Positions 26,866-40,847 of a DNA stretch of 64,000 nt are shown here, piece by piece (positions within the stretch are counted from its first letter, which is position 1; each line of letters begins with the position of its first letter). The position numbers were made by a program, and so were the translations under genes. The stretch is from Octopus sinensis (Eukaryota): contig NC_043006.1 in the NCBI RefSeq assembly GCF_006345805.1, positions 23,994,001-24,058,000 on the forward strand. Reading direction: 5' to 3'. The notes under the pieces are model-generated. The model did not search any database. It worked only from the letters and a program-made list of their open reading frames with translations, and had not been told where the DNA came from.

Positions 26866-27149
26866 AGTAGTAGTAAGTAGTAGTATGGGGAGGTGTACTG
26901 TAACAGTGCATTGTTGCATCCACCATTTGTTGGCGATTCCCTTCTACTCTTGGCAGACGATACCTTTGCATCCCTAAGACGACAGCCCTCCAGCCCATGG
27001 ATCTGTTCAGGTAGTCTTTGGTGGTGAGGGCTTTTATAGTTTATTTTTAGCCCCTGTTTATGACATGCAGAAGAAATGTTGGGTCTATTGTTTGACATGT
27101 TGGTCTCCATACAGCACTAGAACAACATGAAATGAAATAAAAATAAAAT

Positions 27150-27680
27150 AATAATGATGAAATTATTGTGTACAGTGCTCAGGTGCACTGCAACTCATCA
27201 AAGGTGCATGAACAGTACATAGAACTATGTACAAAGGTCAGGAAAGTCAGAAGTGTATGAGTCATGGTATACATGTGTATGGAGGGGGGATATCAGGTGT
27301 AGTGTTGGTGAATTTCAGGAAGCATGGAGGTTTTAAAGGATGCAATGTCTCATCAATTAACAACAGATGCAAGTAGTTTGTTCCATGCTTCATGGGAGCT
27401 GTGCTGTTTTCTGACTTTGTAGGTATACCCACATGTGTCAGACACATGAAACACAAAAAGGTACTCAAAGTGGTTGTTGGCACAATGGTTAGTAATTTTG
27501 TGGGTGTTTACCAAGTCAGACGCCAGACGTCAGCACTTCAATGTAGCTATGTCCAGGAAAGCAAGGAGTTCAGAGTATGGTAGATGCCTGATGGAGGGTA
27601 TTCGCTTGGCTGCATGTCTCTGAACAGTTTCCAGGAGGTCAATGTCCTGAAATAGATAGGGGTTCCAGACTGCTGATACA
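27150..27680 (-). mobile_element. Degraded CR1-clade LINE 3' fragments
   Basis: Shares the 3' tail GTGCACCTGAGCACTGTACACAAT with the CR1 fragment at 47905-48335. Confidence 0.6.
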
Positions 27681-28214
27681 AACGTTTTGCTCAAGAACTA
27701 AACATGCTGCCTGGTCCAGGAATCTAACCCATGACCTGGGGATAATGAGTACGACATGCTAACTACTTGGCAATGTGCCCATCATTGGAACAGAGCATAA
27801 AGTACTTGCGGTTCTTCTACCATTATCACATTCATCATCATCTTGGTTGGCATCAATATCATCTTCACTATCGTCATTGACTTAACATGACTTCATTGTC
27901 TCTAACACATAGCTTACAGTTCTACCCAGCTTGTCAACAAGCCAGCAAGCCAATTAATTATTTACCAATAAATCTATGAATCTGTCCTTACAATGAAGAA
28001 AGTCAGAATAATGGTTTTTGAGTGCATCTCTGTCTATCACTAAACATAAAAACCTTCAAAAATCAAACACATTCAAACATATTTGTATGTTAAATGTATA
28101 TGTATATATATACACATATTTATATGTGTGTATATGTATGTATGTATGCATGTATATATGTATATGTATGTATACATTTATATATGTGTGTGTGTGTGTA
28201 TGTATTCATACATG

Positions 28215-28252
<38 letters not shown>

Positions 28253-28849
28253 CGTTAGGAAGGGCATCCAGCTGTAGAAACACTGCCAGATAAGACTGGA
28301 GCCTGGTGCAGCCTTCTGGCTTCCCAGATCCCCGGTCGAACCGTCCAACCCATGCTAGCATGGAGAACGGACGTTAAACGACGATGATGATGATGATGAT
28401 GATATATATATATATTGTTGTATTTAGGAATGGTCATTTTGCCAGTTTAGCCAATAAAAACACACACACTATATATTTGGTGTTACTTTGCTTCAGTGTT
28501 ATTTATTTTTTACATTAATCTTAATCTTATTTCGGCCAGAGTTCTTTCGTCGCACTCCTGTGACCGCATCAGTGGTCCTTTACTTTCATCTTTCTTATTT
28601 GTGTGTCTCTCCTTACTAACCGTCAGCCATTTTGTATTTCTATTGTATTCATTTGCGCATGCGTATATCTCTGTGTGCGTCTATGTTTAGTTAGTGGGGG
28701 GGGGGGAATGCCTGTAATATTTGTATCTCCTGTTTATATCCGTTCGTGTAATCTGTTTTTGTTTTTGACTATTCTTATTTTGTTCATGTGTTTACACCCA
28801 CTTATTATTATTATTATTATTATTATTATCATCATCATTATTATTATTA

Positions 28850-28885
<36 letters not shown>

Positions 28886-29274
28886 TATTCTAACACACGA
28901 TTTCACATCAAAAATCTTGCAAAACAAATATATATATATCACCGTGATCACCATGACCGACCAGGCTATCAGATGTTGCTACACATCGCTGGTTACAATG
29001 CGCTTCGCATTGTTTTAGCCTTCAAATGACGCCACACCGCTGGCTAAGCGAGCAGGCCAACAGAAGAGAGAGTGAGAGAAAGTTGTGGCGAAAGAGTACA
29101 GGAGGGATCGCCACCACCCCCTGCCAGAGTCACATGGAGCTTTAGGTGTTTTTACTCAATAAACATTCACAATGCCCTGTCTGGGAATAGAAACCGCAAT
29201 CCTACAACCATGAGTCCGCTGCCCTATCCACTGGGCCATTACGCCTCAAATATATATATACAAATATATATACA

Positions 29275-29680
29275 GGAGTGGCTATGTGGTAAGTAGCTTG
29301 TTTACCAACCACATGGTTCCGGGTTCAGTCCCACTACGTGGCACCTTGGGCAAGTGTCTTCTACTATAGCCTCGGGCCGACCAAAGCCTTGTGAGTAGAT
29401 TTGGTAGACGGAAACTGAAAGAAGCCCGTCGTATATATGTACATATATATATGCGTGCGTGTGTGTTTGTGTGTCTGTGTTTGTCCCCCTAGCATTGCTT
29501 GACAACCGATGCTGATGTGGTTATGTCCCCGTTACTTAGCGGTTCGGCCAAAAAAGACCGAATAGAATAAGTACTGGGCTTACAAAAGAATAAGTCCCGG
29601 GGTCGATGTTGCTCGATTAAAAGGCGGTGCTCCAGCATGGCCGCAGTCAAATGACTGAAACAAGTAAAAAGAGTAAAAGT
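29275..29680 (+). mobile_element. Full-length major tRNA-derived SINE (representative; also about 13293-13570, 13715-13905, 22525-23110, 29820-30155, 35203-35540, 50655-51215, 62725-63105)
   Basis: A/B-box-like head (TGGCTATGTGGTAAG...GGTTCAGTCCC), CACCTTGGGCAAGTGTCTTCTACTATAGC core, internal CA/TA microsatellite, tail GACTGAAACAAGTAAAAGAG. Many copies on both strands. Confidence 0.88.
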
Positions 29681-31049
29681 ATATATATATTATATATATA
29701 TATTATATATATATATATATAGAGGAGAGATAGATAGATAGATAGATTGATACAGATAAGGAAATAATTTTATTCTCAAACACAGGATAATGCTAATAAT
29801 ATACCATGAACAGAATAAACAGGAGCACCGCCTTTAGTTGAGCAAATCGACCCCAGGACTAATTCTTTGTAAGCCTAGTACTTATCCTATCAGACTCTTT
29901 TGCCGAACCACTAAGTTATGGGGACATAAACACACCACCATTGGTTGTCAAACACAGACACACAAACATATATACACACATACATATATATATACACAAC
30001 GGACTTCTCTCAGTTTCTGTCTACCAAATCCACAAGGCTTTGGTTGGCCTGAGGCTATAGAAAAAGACACTTGCCCAAGATGCCACACAGTGGGACTGAA
30101 CCCGGAACCATGTGGTTGGTAAGCAAGCTACTTACCACACAGCCACTCCTGCACCTACGTATATTCATAAGTTACTTTACATTGTTTGACATCTGTTAAG
30201 AAATCCTCCAGGCCACATACCACAGCAAAACTAAGCTTTAGACATATAAATATTTTTAGATATATTGAATTTTTAAATATTCATGTTGTGTTGGTGTATT
30301 CTTTTGATATTACAGCAATGGAAATAAGAGAATTCTCCGATGAGAATTAATAAATCCAAATTACTGTTAGCTTGATATTTGTGGTCTGTTATCTAATCTC
30401 AGAAATCTATCAACTCACATATTTATGTAGTCTGATCAATAAGTATCTGTACTGTTGCCATAGTAATGAAGCTTGAGAGAAAAATTGGGCATAAGAGGCA
30501 TCGGATATGGTGTGCAAAAGAGACAACTATATGATGCATAGCATATAGATGAGGATAGCTGCATAAAGACACGCCAATCTCAAACTGTGAAGGGAACCTA
30601 TGGAAGAGGTAGACCCAGGAAGACATGGGACAAGATGATAAAGCATGATCTTCAAATGTGGGGTCTCATAGAGGCAATGATGAGTGATCATGACCTTTGA
30701 CAATTTGCTGTGTTTGAGAAGACTCATCAAGTCAAATGAATTCATAGTTGTGGCCAATGTTGGTGACACATAACAGCATTTGTGCCAGTGACACACAAAA
30801 ACACCAGTGCTGGTGATGTGTAAAAGAACCTGTGCTGGTGACAAGTAAAAGGCACCCACCACACTCTCAGCGTGGTTGGCATTAAGAAGGGCATCCAGCC
30901 ATAGAAACAAATCCAAAGTCAAACTGGATCCTAACGCAGCTCTCCAGCTTGCCAGTCCTCGGACAAGCCATCCAACCCATGCCAGCATGGAAAGTGGACG
31001 TTAAAGGATGATGATGATGATGATGATGACGACGACAATGATGATTACA

Positions 31050-31081
<32 letters not shown>

Positions 31082-31802
31082 ACTCTCTCACACACACACA
31101 CACATATATTTCTCTGTGTGTCTGTGTTTACCCCCCCCCCCCGCCACTGCTTGACAGTTAGTATTGGTGTATTTACATCACCGTAACTTAGTGGTTCAGT
31201 AAAAGAGACTGATAGAATGAGCACCAGGATTAAAATAAGAAAATACACTGAGGTCGATTCATTCAACTAAAAATTCTTCAAAGCATTGCCCCAGCATGGC
31301 CACACTCTAATGACTGACACAAGTAAAAAGCAAAAAGATAGAAGATAAATTAGACAATTGAAAACATCTGAGCAGATTTGTGAATCTCTTACATACCCTT
31401 CTTGTGTTGGCTCCTCCTACACAAACCCTGCAATTTTAGTTACCCTCTAATACTAGGAAATCAAAGGGCTCAGGGAAAGCTTCTACATGTCCAAAGAAAT
31501 CTGGTCTTGCAGCTGAGACAGAGACAGCTGCAGTTGTTTGTGAAAGCACTGTTACCTTTGCTGTTGGTGTTGGTAGCTTTTCCTGAAGTATTGTTAATTA
31601 AATGCTACGATCTAAAAGCTACAACAATACTGCTAAGAGTATGAAGTAAATTGTAAGCAGTATATCGGCCAAAAAACATTTTAGCCATGAATAGAAATAT
31701 CACAGGGCTATAATTACATGCACACATACACTCACATACTAACACAGAAGCACAATACACAAATCAATAAATCTAAAAAAAACATACTTATGGGTGTCTG
31801 TG

Positions 31803-31842
<40 letters not shown>

Positions 31843-31849
31843 AGGGATG

Positions 31850-31889
<40 letters not shown>

Positions 31890-31946
31890 ATAATTATAGA
31901 TATTATATATATAAAAGAGGGATGATATATATATATGTGTGTCTAT

Positions 31947-31980
<34 letters not shown>

Positions 31981-32613
31981 CTGTTATGTGTGTATGTATA
32001 TAATAATATATATATGTATGTATGTATGTGTGTGTGTGGGTGTATAAATGATACAAATAACATAAAATCTATACAAATGTAGAACAGCATTAACTGTAGT
32101 GTTTTGTCACAGAGAAATTCACTTGGGACAGTTTGTGTATTAAAAACACTGAGCTCATTCAGAATGTCTTCAGCAGATCAACAGACACTGATGTTTCAAC
32201 TTGATTTGATCTCCTCAGTGAGGAACAGCCCCAGATATTCTGATCCAAGTTGGAATCTTTGTTTCTCTTTAGAAATCAACAAACAAGACATTTACTGATT
32301 TCTTTTTTGATTTTGCTTTTCAATGTAATTCGTTTTTAGTTAACAATATATTTTTACAGGAAGAAAAGAAAGAAAAGAACAACAGTCTAGACTTACCTCT
32401 CCTAAGGAAACAAAGAAAAAGAATATATATATATATATATATATATTATTAAGAAAAATAAGGTAGTCAGGATCTGTATAAAAGCTATTTATTTAGCGCT
32501 TTCGTCCCTTTCAGGATCATCATGAACGGTTTATGATTTAGTTGACAACAAGACTGGAGTTGAATTATATATAAAGAGATATATATGTCTATATATATGT
32601 GTGTGTGTGAGTG

Positions 32614-32645
<32 letters not shown>

Positions 32646-33628
32646 TCATCATCATCATCATCATCATCATCATTATTATCATCATTTAACTTCTGTTCTC
32701 CATGCTGGCATGGGTTAGACAGTTTGACTGGAGCTGATGAGCTGGAGAGCTGCACCAGGTTCCAGTCTGATTGGGCGTAATTTCTACAGCTGGATGCCCT
32801 TCCTAACACCAACCTCTTCAGGAGTGTAACGCATGCTTTACCAAGCCATTTACATGACACCAGCAATGACCCCAACTACAATTCATGGATGGGTGCCACT
32901 TGCATGGCACTGCCAGCAAGCCTGATGATTCATAGGTACCATTTACATGGCACCGGCAACGACACATGGGTGCCATTTACATGACATTGGTACAGCCACA
33001 ACTATGATTTCACTTGGCCTGATGAGTCTTCTCCCTACCCTACACACATACCACTACCCCAACCTAAACAAACTACTGCTCGCATCATCATCACCATCAT
33101 TACCACCATCATTTAATGTCTGTTTTCATGCATGGGTTGGGTGGTTTGACAGGAGCTGGCAAGGCTGGAGAGCTTCACCGGGCTACAGTTGTCTGTTTTA
33201 GATATTTTTCTCTGGTTGGATGCCCTTCCTAATGCCAACCACTTTACAGAGTGTACTGGGTGCTCTTGACATGACACCTGCATGGATGCTTTTATGTGCT
33301 TTTTACTGCACATTACTTTTATATTGAGTACTTCTTCTCCTAATCATTATTTAGTATATATGTGCGTGTATGTATATGGTATTTGGCTATAGAAAAACTG
33401 CCATGGAAAAGTGAAGGCTAAAATGATGATGGTGGTGGTGGTGGTGGTGGTGGTGGTGGTGGTGGTGGTGGTGGTGGTGGTGGTGGTGGTGGTCATGATG
33501 GTGGTGGTGGTGGTGGTGAGGATGATGATGATGATGGCATACATCTATGTATACATATGTACATTCACGCATATATACATGTATACATACAGTCATAAAC
33601 AAACACACACACAAACACATACACACAC

Positions 33629-33690
<62 letters not shown>

Positions 33691-33756
33691 TACTCATACA
33701 CAAACACATGCATAGTAATTAACATATTTCTAACAGATGATTTAATCTCTCCACAG

Positions 33757-33861
33757 ACAGCTTACCGTCCAGGACACACTGAGGCTGTTATTGATCTAAT
33801 AGAACGTTTGCACTATGACATCAATGCACCATTACCATCCAATGGCTTAACTCTATTTTCA
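33757..33861 (+). CDS. Ankyrin-repeat protein, coding exon 3
   Basis: tctctccacAG|ACA...TCA|GTAAGT; TAYRPGHTEAVIDLIERLHYDINAPLPSNGLTLFS; 105 nt, phase 0 to 0. Confidence 0.88.
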
Positions 33862-34549
33862 GTAAGTTCTCTTTCATCTAAAATATTCTGAACTCTGTAA
33901 CTCAGATATATGTAAATTTCTGTGTATATGTGTGTATAGGATCACTAAGTATGGAAGACTTAAAAAAGCTGGTACTTTTGAAGATGTGTAGGGGATGTAT
34001 GTACAAGCTCAGGCATGGCTGTGTGGTTTAGAAGCTTGCTTTCCAACCATGTGCTTTGGGGTTCAGTCCCACTATACAACACCTTGGGCAAGTGACTTCT
34101 ACTTTAACCCTGCGATCACCAATGCTTTATGAGTAAATTTGGTGGATGGAACTGCATGGACACTCCTTGTGTGTATATACTTACATACATAAATACATAC
34201 ATACATAAATACATACATACATACATACATACATTCATAAATACATACATAAATACATACATAAATACATACATACATACATACATAAATATATACATAC
34301 ATACATACATAAATATATACATACATACATACATAAATATATACATACATACATACACACACACACATACATAAATAAATGCATAACTACATATATAAAT
34401 ACATACATAAATACATACATACATATATAGACATACACACACACACACACATATATAAAGACAATTTGCCACTATCAGCCCAACGACAGATTAGGAAGTG
34501 TGTGTGAATGTGGATGAAAAAGTATGTTTTTTTCTCTCTCTCTTACTTT

Positions 34550-34653
<104 letters not shown>

Positions 34654-35555
34654 CATATATATACATGTATATGTATATATACATATATATATATGTATAT
34701 ATACAAATTGAGATAGGGGTTGTAAATGCACATAAAGGGCTAATATTGGTAAAATGAGACATAATTATCGACATGGCCGAAACAGCTGTAAGATCTAATG
34801 TATGCTTATATTTATATTTATATTTACTTGTATTTATATTCTTTTTTGTATATATTCTAATTATTATACAACATTACTCTTTTATGTACACTTTTTTATG
34901 TACATTCCTTTATGTACACTGATTTGTTCTGCTTTTTATATTTAACCCTGCAGTCTCTTATGTGGTGGTTTGATAAAGTATGTGATTGAGTATTATCTCG
35001 TAATTGATATTTGATTTAGATGTGTTTCTCCATTTTCTTATCTTGTATATGTATATATACATATATATATGTATGTATATATACATATATATATGTATGT
35101 ATATATATATGTGTGTGTGTGTATATGTGTGTGTGTGTATGTCTATCTGTATGTATGTATGTATGTCTCTCTTCTATTTTTGAATGTTATGTATGTATAG
35201 GGGCAGGAGTGGCTGTGTGGTAAGTAGCTTGCTTACCAACCACATCATTCTGGGTTCAGTCCTCAGGTCAACCAAAGCCTTGTGAGTGGATTTGGTAGAT
35301 AGGAACTGAAAGAAGACTGACGTACATGTGTGTGTGTGTCTGTGTTTGTCCCCCCCCACCATCGCTTGGCAACCGATGTTGGTGTGCTTATATCCCTGCA
35401 AAATTGGTGCTTCAGCAAAAGATACCAATAGAATAAGTACTAGGCTTGCAAAGAGTAAGTCCTGGGGTCGATTTGTTCAACTGAAGATGGTGCTCCAGCA
35501 TGGCCACGGTTAGATGACTGAAATAAGTAAAAGAATAAAAGAATATGTGCACACA

Positions 35556-35586
<31 letters not shown>

Positions 35587-36224
35587 CAGAGGAATTGGTT
35601 GGCACAAGGATATACAACACACTCATATAAATGAGAGAGAGAGAGAGAATCAACATTATTCATGTACATGCCACTAGTCACCCTGAGTTATTTCTCTTGG
35701 CTCATTTTTGTTTATATCATCTGGGCCATAAATTCTTTCTACTTTTATTTGAATATATCTAAGTCTTCTAAGATCAGACAACTGTCATGCTGATAACAGC
35801 TACTGAGCCAGTGTCTATGACTGTCCTCTTATCTCCAGACAATAAGCCCGTCCTTTTCTTTCATGGAGTGTTGGTTTTGGAGAACATTTTATTCTTGAGA
35901 TTATCTCCTCTTTTTCCAGAGGCTCCAGTCTTAAATATCATCTGTTAATTACGATATAATCTCTAGAGGTGGAGATAATTTTAAGAGTTCTAGAATTTAT
36001 GTTGTATGGTATTTGACATGTATTAATATATCTCATCATCATCATTGTTTACCGGCTGGTCTCCATGCTGACATGGATTTGACAGTTTGACATGGATCTG
36101 GCTAGCAGGAAGCTGTCTGGACTCTCACTGTCTGTTGTGATATGGTTTCTACAGCTAGATGTCCTTCCTAATGCCAACCACTTAACAGAATGTGCTGGGT
36201 GCTTTTTATGTGTGACTGTCACGG

Positions 36225-36255
<31 letters not shown>

Positions 36256-36293
36256 TGTATGTATGTATGTATGTGTATGTATGTATGTATGTA

Positions 36294-36334
<41 letters not shown>

Positions 36335-36590
36335 TATTCACACAGACATACAGTAATCTCTTACCATGTTATGGTTCACCTACTACGGTTTATTATTTAA
36401 GCTTATACCATTTCTTCCATGGTGTTGTTTTGCATTTATAATAAAATGAATATATACAAATTATTAAAAATTAATTTTTAAAAAATATACAGTACAGTAC
36501 TGTTTCTACTTTGTGGATTTTCACCTTTTGCTGGGGATTTTGGAATGTAACGCCCACGATAGTCGAGGGAATTTTTGTGTTTGTGTGTGT

Positions 36591-36632
<42 letters not shown>

Positions 36633-36923
36633 TGTTTGTGTGTGTTTGTGCTACTTTGTCTTCAAGTGATGTAATAGTTGCAAATGAGTGTTACCATCAT
36701 ACATGTGGTGTCCTTCATTTCCAATGTTCAGTGAAAACATGTCTGGCCATACAGAAATGTTACCTTGCTCGGAAATAGCTGAGAATTAGTGACTGGAAAG
36801 GCATCTGGCTGTAGAAAAATCTACCTCAACAAATTCCATCTGACCTCTCCAAGCTTGAAAAAATGCACTTTAAAATAACAATGATGTTGATAATGATATA
36901 TGTCCATTGTTTTCCCATTACAG

Positions 36924-36975
36924 TGTGCCTGCCTCAGTGGATCCAAGAAATTGATTCTTTATTTACTGCTAAAAG
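36924..36975 (+). CDS. Ankyrin-repeat protein, coding exon 4
   Basis: tttcccattacAG|TGT...AAA G|GTAAAT; CACLSGSKKLILYLLLKG; 52 nt, phase 0 to 1. Confidence 0.85.
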
Positions 36976-37347
36976 GTAAATTTCTTTTGTTTCCTTATTA
37001 TTTTACTTCATAGCATAGGTATCGTTGTCCTTGACAATATCTGTCACTGTACTGACCTATGGTATCCATTTGCAATGAGGTTGATCACTGTCTCAGTCAT
37101 TTAGCCTAATCTCAAAAGCTGGTATAGTTTTATTCTACTCATACTGAAGGCCTTTGCTCCCTATGGGGTGTAGTCCACCTATGACTCTCCACTCTGGGCT
37201 GTCTTTCTGCTTTTCTCCACTTGTATCTCTGCTTTTCCTTTCAGGTTTTGCTGCACAATGTTATGTTTCACTGAGAGAAGGCTCTCTCTCTCTCCTCTCT
37301 CTCTCTCCTCTCTCCTCTCTCTCTCTCTCTCTCTCCTCTCTCCTCTC

Positions 37348-37387
<40 letters not shown>

Positions 37388-37388
37388 G

Positions 37389-37419
<31 letters not shown>

Positions 37420-37784
37420 CTCGTCTCTCTCTCTCTCTCTTAGGCTTTGTTGGTTTTAAATTGACACTGATGTGTCTGTAACTTTGCTTTTCTCTGGGTT
37501 GGGGTGCTGGCCCTACACAAACCCATTTTGGGGTTGACAAAGAGGTGATACATATTAGATTGGCCTCTATCCACAGACCTGTCTAGCATGACAGATCCCT
37601 ATCAAAAGTTTGCAATCTACTGGAATAGTTCCCAGGGTCTCCAATGACCCTGGAACTATGCCAATGGATAGACCAGACTTCTGGACTTTGTGAAGGTACA
37701 GTGTCACAGCCTGCTGCAACACACACACACTCTCTCTCTCTCTCTCTCTCTCTATCTATATCTATCTATCTATCTATCTATCTG

Positions 37785-37835
<51 letters not shown>

Positions 37836-38289
37836 CTAACACACATGCTTGTACAGGATGATTCAAGTGTCATTAATAGAAGGTAAGAGACAAGTGAGCT
37901 CAGTTAATTTCTTAATATACTTCTCTCCAAGGCAGTGAGCTGGCAGAAACGTTAGCATGCCAGGTGAAATGCTTAGCAGTATTTCATCTGTCTTTATGTT
38001 CTGAGTTCAAATTCCACCGTGGTTGACTTTGCTTTTCATCCTTCCAGAGTCGATAAATTAAGTACCAGTTTCATACTGGGGTCGATCTAATCTACTGGCC
38101 CAGCCCCCAAATTTCGGGCCTTGTGCCTAGAGTAGAAAAGAATATACTTCTCTCCTTTTTTCCCTTCCTCACACCTACCATGTTTCCCCACAGCCTTCAC
38201 CCACCTCTCCACCACATTCACTACCTCTCTGCATCCCCTGTTCCCCCATTAACTTCCATTCACAGAGCAGGGATTTCAAAATAACATGC

Positions 38290-39190
38290 CATTGTCACAG
38301 AGGCCAGCTTGTTGCTCTCGCAACGATCTCACTCATATGGTACTCTTAGCGCTCCACTAGCACGGATGCCAGTCATCGAATTTGATTTTGATTTCACTTG
38401 CCTCAGCAGGTCTTCGCAAGCAGAGTTTAGTGTCCAATGAAGGAAAGGGATGCATAAGTGGACCCCTGGCATAAACCACAAGGTTATGGTCTCACTTGCG
38501 CTCGCCAAGTCTTCTCAAGCACAGCATATTTCCAGAGGGTCCGTTCACTAGTCATTGCCTTGGTGAGGCCCAATGATCGAAGGTCATGCTTCACCACCTC
38601 ATCCCAGGTCTTCCTGGGTCTACCTCTTCCACAGGTTCCATCAACTGCTAGGGTGTGGCACTTTTTCACTCAGCTATTCACATCCATTCTCACCACATGA
38701 CCATACCAGTGCAGTCATCTCTCTTGCACACCATATCTGATGCTTCTTAGCTCCAGCCTTTCTCTCAAGCCACTAACACTCCGTCAAGTATGCACACTGA
38801 CATTACACATCCATCGGAGCATGCTGGCTTCATCCCTTGCGAGCTTACGCATGTCCTCAGCAGTCACGGCCCATGCTTCACTGCCATGTTGCATGGCCGT
38901 TCGTACACATGCGTCGTACAGTCTATCTTTTACTCTGAGTGAGAGGCCCTTTGTCACCAGCAGAGGTAAGAGCTCTCTGAACTTAGCCTTGGCTATTCTT
39001 GTTCTAGCAGCTACACTTTCAGTGCACCCATCCTTGCTACTGACTTGGTCACCTAGGTAATGGAAGCTATTAACTACTTCTAGTTTTTCTCCCTGGACTG
39101 TGGCAGTTGTTCTCTGCATATTTTCAGTGTTATTTATTGCTCCTAAGCATCTGCCACATACAAAAACTATCCTCCCAGTTAGCCTTCCTT
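38290..39190 (-). mobile_element. RTE-clade LINE 3' fragment
   Basis: EKLEVVNSFHYLGD...RLYDACVRTAMQHGSEAW...MLRWMC and GRGRPRKTWDEVVKHDL are typical RTE RT C-terminal motifs. Confidence 0.88.
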
Positions 39191-39441
39191 TGATATATAT
39201 TATACATACATATGTAGGGTAGCGAATATTCCTTAGAAATATCACCACCAGTGGCCTAGCATGTATAAATAGTCAATGGACAACATATTCTTAATATAAA
39301 ATAGTGTACATTTAAACACAAGAGAAAACTAACTTTTAACAAGTAACTTTTACATGCTAGAAGAAGCAGCCAAAATGACCAAAACCACAATTAATATCAA
39401 TTTTTGAAGGAAAAGAAAAATAAAAACTTTTACCATGTTAC

Positions 39442-39473
<32 letters not shown>

Positions 39474-39929
39474 GGTGTGCTGTGCTTGAGAGGACCCATC
39501 AAGCCAAGTGCACCTGTGCTGGTGGCACATAAATATCACCTTTTGAGCACTGGTCCTCACTGAGACAATGGCTGAGACCTTTGGCATTATGTCATACTTG
39601 AGGAGAAGATCCATCAAGCCAAGCAACATCACAGTTGTGGCAGATAATAGTGTCACATGAATTGGAACCTGTGCTGGTGGCACATAAAAGCACCTTGATA
39701 TCACACAAATGTCAACCATGTTGGTGGCACATAAAAGCACCCATTACACTCTCGGAGTGGTTGGCATTAGGAAGAGCATCCAGCTGTGGAAAACCGTGCC
39801 AAATCAGACTGGAGTCTGATATAGCCTTCCAGCATGCCAGTCTGGTCAAACCATCCACCTCATACCAGCATGGACAATGGACGTTAAATGATGATGATGA
39901 TGATTATATATATATATATATATATAGAT

Positions 39930-40358
39930 AAGAAAGTTGGTTTGTGAAAGCACGTGGTTGAATATATAGAAAATAGTAAAAAGTGAAAAAACTACAGAAG
40001 GCTTAAAGGTTAAAAAATATATATATTTGCATCAATATGTCTGAAGAATATTTTAAAATTTTTTTTCCTTACAATGACATAGTTTAGAAGAAAGACCGGT
40101 TTCGCGTTTAGCTTTTCAAATTTCTTACGACGTTATGTTTATGTTGAATAGAGTTATCGTTATATTTATGTAACGATAACTCTATTCAACATAAACATAA
40201 CATCGTAAGAAATTTGAAAAGCTAAACGCGAAACCGGTCTTTCTTCTAAACTATGTCATTGTAAGGAAAAAAAATTTTTTTAATATTCTTCAGACATATT
40301 GACGCAAATATATATATTTTTTAACCTTTAAGCCTTCTGTAGTTTTTTCACTTTTTAC

Positions 40359-40368
<10 letters not shown>
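39930..40368. mobile_element. Fold-back element in (TA)n with about 198-bp arms, each carrying an HHR-like motif
   Basis: 39965..40162 versus 40171..40368. Plus-strand motif AAGAAA-t-TTGAAAA-GC taaac GC-GAAA-CCGG-TC-TTTCTT at 40207..40245. Confidence 0.75.
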
Positions 40369-40399
<31 letters not shown>

Positions 40400-40730
40400 T
40401 GGGTGTCGTCTTTGTGTTTGCTTCACAATTGATGTTGGTTTGTTTACATGCCAATAACTTAGCATTTCAACAAAAGAGACTGATAGAATAAGTACCAGAC
40501 TTTAAAAAGACAAGAAGTACCAGGGTTAATCTTTGAGGTGGTGCTCAAGTATGGCCACAGTGCAATGACTGAAACATGTAAAAAATAAAAAATCAAATAA
40601 GATAAATGGGGTGGGGGGAAGGAGCTTCTCATATGAAATCAGAATAATGTGATTGCCTCTAAATGTACTTTTGAGGGTTTTTTTTTAATATTTGTTAGCT
40701 TATGTTTATTTATTTACATTTCTCTTAAAG

Positions 40731-40847
40731 GGGCTGACCTTATGAGCGTCACCAAAGATGGCGATGGACCTTTGTATTTAGCCACGTATGCTGCTCTTAA
40801 TTCTCCAGAAACAGATGTTACCACTCTGGATTTGCTCATTACATATG
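40731..40847 (+). CDS. Ankyrin-repeat protein, coding exon 5
   Basis: tctcttaaAG|GG...TAT G|GTAAGA; GADLMSVTKDGDGPLYLATYAALNSPETDVTTLDLLITYG; 117 nt, phase 1 to 1. Confidence 0.9.
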
